Below, piece after piece: positions 59,421-64,000 of a stretch of 64,000 bases of DNA. Below the pieces are notes generated by a model. It saw nothing but the letters and a program-made list of their open reading frames with translations, was not told the DNA's origin and did no database searches. The first letter of the stretch is position 1; the number at the start of each line of letters is the position of its first letter. The position numbers and the translations under genes are program-made. The stretch is from Anaerohalosphaeraceae bacterium (GTDB lineage: Bacteria > Planctomycetota > Phycisphaerae > Sedimentisphaerales > Anaerohalosphaeraceae): the NCBI GenBank assembly GCA_963675525.2, contig CAXXSL010000016.1, forward strand, positions 32,001 to 96,000, given 5' to 3'.

Positions 59421-60422
59421 ATGAAAACAACCATTTGTCTTTGTATCGCTGTTTTGTTTCTCGGTTTTGCCGGATGTGAGATTCTGTCCGGTGTTGATTC
59501 GTCGTCTTCTGCAAACAGGCTTTCCGCCAAACCAAACGTCGGGGCGAAGACGCTTCGACCACAGGCACTTGCGATCGTGAAAAACGGCCTGACTGGCGAC
59601 AATGCCTATATCCGAAACTATTCCGTCGAGATCATCGCAGAAACCAACTGCCGAAAACTGATGCCGGACCTCCTGCCGCGGTTGGAGGATTCTTCCGTGG
59701 CGGTCCGCTTTTCCGCTGCGTCGGCGATCGGCGATATGCAATTCTTTGGATACGAAAAACAGGTCGGCCGGCTTCTGGATGATACCAATGAAAATGTTCG
59801 GCTCGCCGCAGCCTATGCCCTGGTACGGCTCAATCAACCCCGCTATCATGAAAATATCCGTCAAGCCGCCGCAAGTTCCGACCAAACCGTTCGCGCCAAC
59901 GCGGTCCTGTTATTGGGCAAACTGAAAGACCGGGATGATCTGGACTTATTGTACCAGACCCTCAACGACGACGGCTCATTTGACAAGGTTCGACTTCAGA
60001 CGGTCGAATCGATCGCCCGGCTGGGCGATGAGCGGATCTACCGCAGCAAGTTATGGGCCCTGCTGATCAGCAAGTATGCCGATGACCGTGTCATGGGGAT
60101 TCGAGGCATGGGGGCGCTGGCCAGCAACGAAGCAAGAAACGCGATCCTGACAATGCTTCAGGATGATGTTCAGGAAGTACGTCTGACGGCCGCAGAACAA
60201 CTAGGCCGGTTGGGCGATGACCGCGGCGAAGAGGAAGTCTACCGTTATTTTGAAAGCAATCCCGATCTGAATAGAACTGATATGGCCAATAATATGGCGA
60301 TAATGGCTATCGGACGCATCGGCTCTGAACGCCTGCAGGGTTTCCTGCCGGCAGTGATGGCCAGCCAATCAGAAGTGATCCGTTTATTAGCCGCTCAATC
60401 GACCCTGCTGCTGACACAATAA
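59421..60422 (+). CDS. HEAT-repeat lipoprotein
   Basis: Lipobox FAGC; repeated L.D....VR..AA.ALG units. Confidence 0.85.
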   Translation: MKTTICLCIAVLFLGFAGCEILSGVDSSSSANRLSAKPNVGAKTLRPQALAIVKNGLTGDNAYIRNYSVEIIAETNCRKLMPDLLPRLEDSSVAVRFSAASAIGDMQFFGYEKQVGRLLDDTNENVRLAAAYALVRLNQPRYHENIRQAAASSDQTVRANAVLLLGKLKDRDDLDLLYQTLNDDGSFDKVRLQTVESIARLGDERIYRSKLWALLISKYADDRVMGIRGMGALASNEARNAILTMLQDDVQEVRLTAAEQLGRLGDDRGEEEVYRYFESNPDLNRTDMANNMAIMAIGRIGSERLQGFLPAVMASQSEVIRLLAAQSTLLLTQ

Positions 60423-60611
60423 AATATCTAATCACTTTGTTTTAAATGCCTTATAAAACATCTGCGCCACTTAAAAACCCGGTGTTCAAATGGGGCTTGG
60501 GGCATTCTAAAATCCCTTCTTTACGGATTCGGACCTAAAAACCCGCCGTTTCGTCCTGGGAAAAACCGCAAATCTTTTTAAATTAAAGTACTTAAGGTCA
60601 GGAAAAAAGTC

Positions 60612-60640
60612 TTGACCCATCTAAGAACCTCGCTTAAAAT
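60612..60640 (+). promoter_or_regulatory. Sigma70-type promoter upstream of the mreBCD-containing unit
   Basis: TTGACC-17 bp-TAAAAT. Confidence 0.7.
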
Positions 60641-60747
60641 CCGCAATATTCATAAATACTTCTTTCGTGCCATGGCGGTCGCCAAATTGGTGTTTGGGGG
60701 GCTAAGTGGCGTTGTAACTGTAACCTTTGTGGTGAAAGGGAAGAGTT

Positions 60748-61605
60748 TTGAGCACACTAACGAAACTTTTAGTCGTCTTATTGTCATTATTTGCTATTTT
60801 ACTGTGCGGGATGATGATCGTCTTTGTGGGCATGTCCGACAATTACAAGGACATGTATCAGAATGAAAACGGGCTTCGGAAAATTGCCGATGCCGAGGTC
60901 GCGACCACGAAAAATCTGTACAGTGAACAGATGACCAAGAATGCGGAGTTAAAGGCAAAGCTGCTGGCGGATATAGAAGCGCTGGAGCGTGAAAACAACG
61001 GACTGGTCGCCGACAAGCAAAAGTATGAGCGACTGGCTCAGCAATATCAGAATCAAGCCGATAGCTGGAAAGGCGTGATGGCCGGTTTTGAACAGAGCGT
61101 TCGCAATCTGCAGGCATCGCTGGAACAGACTCAGAGTCAACTGGATGACGCACGGACTCAGGGTATCAAGGACCAGAAGGAACTTAATCAGATCACGGCG
61201 GACCTTTACGAGAAGATCGTCCAACTGCAGGATATGGAAGCCGAACGGCGCCGTTTGCTCGAACAGAAAACCGCTCTTGAAGACAAGCTCAGTTCCACAA
61301 GCACACTGACCAGACCGATGGAAGTCGTTCCGGTCACCCGGCGGAATGAGGCCGCATCCCCGACCCCTCTTGTTACCAGTGCGGATATCAAAGGGCTGGT
61401 GGTAGGACTCAGCGATTCGATGATCCAGCTTTCTGTCGGAACCGCCGACGGTGTTAAAAAGAATATGGTCTTTCACGTAACCCGCGGCGACCGATTTTTG
61501 TGTGATGTTGTGGTCACGGATGTCGATATTAACAAATGTGCCGGCGTGTTGGAACTTGTCCAGCAGCGTCCCCAGGTGGGTGACACGGCAAGTACGCAGT
61601 TGTAA
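60748..61605 (+). CDS. Membrane-anchored coiled-coil hypothetical protein
   Basis: N-terminal TM helix, long heptad region, C-terminal LSVGTADGVKKNM beta domain. Confidence 0.8.
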   Translation: MSTLTKLLVVLLSLFAILLCGMMIVFVGMSDNYKDMYQNENGLRKIADAEVATTKNLYSEQMTKNAELKAKLLADIEALERENNGLVADKQKYERLAQQYQNQADSWKGVMAGFEQSVRNLQASLEQTQSQLDDARTQGIKDQKELNQITADLYEKIVQLQDMEAERRRLLEQKTALEDKLSSTSTLTRPMEVVPVTRRNEAASPTPLVTSADIKGLVVGLSDSMIQLSVGTADGVKKNMVFHVTRGDRFLCDVVVTDVDINKCAGVLELVQQRPQVGDTASTQL

Positions 61606-61616
61606 AAGGATAAAAA

Positions 61617-61757
61617 ATGGCAAAAAAAACAATCAAAGAACCCAATGACATTTTCACCGCACTGCTAGCTCTGGCGACTTTGACAACTCTGGCGACCACT
61701 GTTTTTGTCGCTTTGAAATGCTATACGTTTTACGGGACACTGTTTACAATCGGCTAG
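61617..61757 (+). CDS. Small single-TM protein (46 aa) MAKKTIKEPNDIFTALLALATLTTLATTVFVALKCYTFYGTLFTIG
   Basis: AAGGA RBS; fills the gap between the upstream CDS and mreB; absent from the supplied ORF track. Confidence 0.7.
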   Translation: MAKKTIKEPNDIFTALLALATLTTLATTVFVALKCYTFYGTLFTIG

Positions 61758-61844
61758 ACCCCGCGATGATCAAGAAATCGCCGGTAAGATGCATTAAAAG
61801 GATTGGGGTACTGGCACCGGCAATCCAAATTGAAGGGAGTCACA

Positions 61845-62894
61845 GTGATTTGGGACACAATTCTGGGCTGGTTCAGCAAGGATATGGGCATCGACCTGGG
61901 TACATGTAACACCCTTGTCTGCGTCAAGAACGAAGGTATCGTCCTGAATGAACCCTCCGTTGTCGCGGTGCGTAAAGGAACCAATCTTGTGCTGAATAAC
62001 GGCGAGGCCGTAGGCATGGTTGCCAAAGACATGCTGGGTAAGACGCCCGGTTCGATCACCGCCATTCGCCCCCTCAAAGACGGCGTTATCAGCGATTTCG
62101 AGATCACCGAAGCAATGCTGAGCTACTTCATCCGCAAGGTTCACGGACGCGGCAGCCTGTTTCGTCCGCGTGTGGTGATCGCGGTTCCCAGCGGCATTAC
62201 TGCCGTGGAACGCCGCGCGGTGATCGACAGTGCCGAACGGGCCGGAGCGAGAAAAGTGTACCTGGTCGATGAACCGATGGCCGCAGGCATTGGTGCCGGA
62301 TTGCCTATTACCGAACCCACCGCTTCCATGATCGTCGATATCGGCGGCGGTACAACCGAAGTAGCGATCATGAGTTTGGCCGACATCAGCACCTGTGAAT
62401 CGATTCGCATCGGCGGCGACAATTTTGACGAAGCCCTGATCAACCATCTCAAACGAACCTACAACTTGCTGATCGGTGAGTCACGGGCCGAACAGGTTAA
62501 GGTTCAGATCGGCTCAGCAGCGCCACTGGAACAGGAACTGACAATGGAAATCGCCGGACGTGATACCATTTCAGGCTTGCCCCGTAAAATCGTTATCACC
62601 AGCGAAGAAATTCGCGAAGCCTTCAAGGAACCGATTGCCGGGATCATTGAAACCGTCATGCGTACACTGGAGCGAGCCGAACCGGAATTGGCAGCCGACC
62701 TGATCGAAAACGGTGTCACGCTTTGCGGGGGCGGATCGCTGCTGCGGGGAATGGACAAAGTCCTCTCTAATGCCACGGGCTTGAAAGTCGGCCATGCGGA
62801 AGATCCTTTGACGGCCGTTGCACGGGGGACCAGCGTCTATTTGGAAAACCTGGAACTGTGGAAAGACACACTGGATAATTCCGACTGGGACTAA
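61845..62894 (+). CDS. mreB: Rod shape-determining protein MreB
   Basis: MGIDLGTCNT, EPSVVA, IRPLKDGVI, VPSGITAVERRAV, VDIGGGTTE; GTG start with GGGAG RBS. Confidence 0.96.
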   Translation: MIWDTILGWFSKDMGIDLGTCNTLVCVKNEGIVLNEPSVVAVRKGTNLVLNNGEAVGMVAKDMLGKTPGSITAIRPLKDGVISDFEITEAMLSYFIRKVHGRGSLFRPRVVIAVPSGITAVERRAVIDSAERAGARKVYLVDEPMAAGIGAGLPITEPTASMIVDIGGGTTEVAIMSLADISTCESIRIGGDNFDEALINHLKRTYNLLIGESRAEQVKVQIGSAAPLEQELTMEIAGRDTISGLPRKIVITSEEIREAFKEPIAGIIETVMRTLERAEPELAADLIENGVTLCGGGSLLRGMDKVLSNATGLKVGHAEDPLTAVARGTSVYLENLELWKDTLDNSDWD

Positions 62895-62972
62895 GGCATG
62901 AAGCAGAGCCCCGGCCAAAAAGACAGGTCAACAATCATTGTACGGGTTATTCTGAGATAGAAATTCCATGTT

Positions 62973-63797
62973 ATGGCGGGCAGAAATTTTCATCTTTCAA
63001 ATGGAAGCTTGTTTTTCACCTGGCTCATCGCAGGCATCATGATCCTGATCCTGCCGCTGACCCTTACCTCTCGCATTAACTTTCTTTTCCTTAAGACATT
63101 TTCTCCTCTGCTGCAGTTGGGACGACAGGTCCAGATTAGTACCTTTTCCTCAGGCTCCGGACAAGAAGAGGTTGTCAGCAAAGCAGAATACGATAAACTC
63201 CGGAAAACGTATAATAATATGCACGCCCAGTTGATGCAATTACACCAGGACTATGAAACACTTTCTCAAATACAATCGGGATTACCGCAGCCTTTCAATA
63301 AAAGTAAACTGATCCTGGCCCGTGTTGCCAATAGGGTTGGAGGCTTCTCGCACGAAATTATTCTTAACAAGGGAATGGACGCCGGTGTTAAACAGGGCCA
63401 ATATGTCCTGTCTGCCGGTCATGACAGCATTGTGGGAGTGGTGTCTGATACCGCCGAGTCTCTTGCCAAAGTCCGGCTTTTAACCGACAGCAGTCAAAGT
63501 ATCGAGATCCGTATTCGCCGGGAAGGCACTGGCATGGACATTGACTGGCTGATGACCGGCGATGGAAAAGATGGGTGCAAAATTTCCCGCATCCCAAAAA
63601 AGAAGGATATCCAAGTCGGCGATAGCGTTTTCGCCGCCGCACGACCGGGCCTTCTAAATGTTCCCGTGATCATTGGCACCATTGTTGAAGTCCGGCCGGA
63701 CGAACAACATCCCCTGCTGTGGGATATCCGGGTTGAGTTGATCGATAACATGAAAGAATTGAATGACGTTGCGGTCATCGCAACAGAAGAGTTTTAA
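62973..63797 (+). CDS. mreC: Rod shape-determining protein MreC
   Basis: TM helix and coiled coil, ILNKGMDAGV, IVGVV, AKVRLLTD; follows mreB. Confidence 0.85.
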   Translation: MAGRNFHLSNGSLFFTWLIAGIMILILPLTLTSRINFLFLKTFSPLLQLGRQVQISTFSSGSGQEEVVSKAEYDKLRKTYNNMHAQLMQLHQDYETLSQIQSGLPQPFNKSKLILARVANRVGGFSHEIILNKGMDAGVKQGQYVLSAGHDSIVGVVSDTAESLAKVRLLTDSSQSIEIRIRREGTGMDIDWLMTGDGKDGCKISRIPKKKDIQVGDSVFAAARPGLLNVPVIIGTIVEVRPDEQHPLLWDIRVELIDNMKELNDVAVIATEEF

Positions 63798-63819
63798 CTT
63801 AAGGAAACCCAATAACCCT

Positions 63820-64000
63820 ATGCGATGGTTTTCGTTTACAATTATTTTACTGGTCGCGACAATCCTGGAGGCGGGAAATCTATTGAACCTGCTGGCCGTT
63901 GGTGATTGGCACGTTCGTCCGCATGTATTGATCACCCTGTTGGTTTATTATGCCGTGGTTTGCAGTCCGTCTGAAGCCATCAACTGTTGTTTTCTGATCG
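63820..64000 (+). CDS. mreD: Rod shape-determining protein MreD, 5' part (runs off the window)
   Basis: Hydrophobic MRWFSFTIILLVATILEAG...VRPHVLITLLVYYA directly after mreC. Confidence 0.7.
   Translation, partial: MRWFSFTIILLVATILEAGNLLNLLAVGDWHVRPHVLITLLVYYAVVCSPSEAINCCFLI

Overview
Bacterial chromosomal window, most consistent with a Planctomycetota (Phycisphaerae/Sedimentisphaerales-like) genome. This assignment is an inference from dockerin-like C-termini on secreted proteins, the integrase N-terminus type, tandem clpP genes, a stand-alone EF-G of the RNIGISAHIDSGKTT type and mreBCD. Core genes (mnmG end, mscS, lpxB, tig, tRNA-Gly, tRNA-Ser, clpP x2, yciH, fusA, lnt, mreBCD) surround a probable ~35 kb composite island inserted at tRNA-Ser(UGA). 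The island has an integrase at 14221, an internally deleted second copy at 35672, and a degenerate att repeat at 48746. Its cargo is (i) a furan/methyl-fatty-acid-type cluster with a DUF1365-methyltransferase fusion, (ii) a Tat-exported NiFe hydrogenase operon with no cytochrome b that ends in a ~1420-aa secreted protein whose DUF2271-like domain has a candidate flavinylation motif, (iii) a complete Pho/Pst locus with 11-bp-phased (C/T)TAAC boxes, and (iv) IS and TPR-gene remnants. Outside the island the best candidates for new systems are an AT-rich divergent PIN nuclease / DNA methyltransferase pair sharing a C-terminal 'RKS' domain, and an unannotated leader peptide plus attenuator controlling a 60-aa gene downstream of fusA-yciH. 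Several genes (lpxB, M6 protease, pstC/A/B, TPR protein) are broken by single-base indels that may be assembly errors. All family calls are by motif recognition only; no searches were run.
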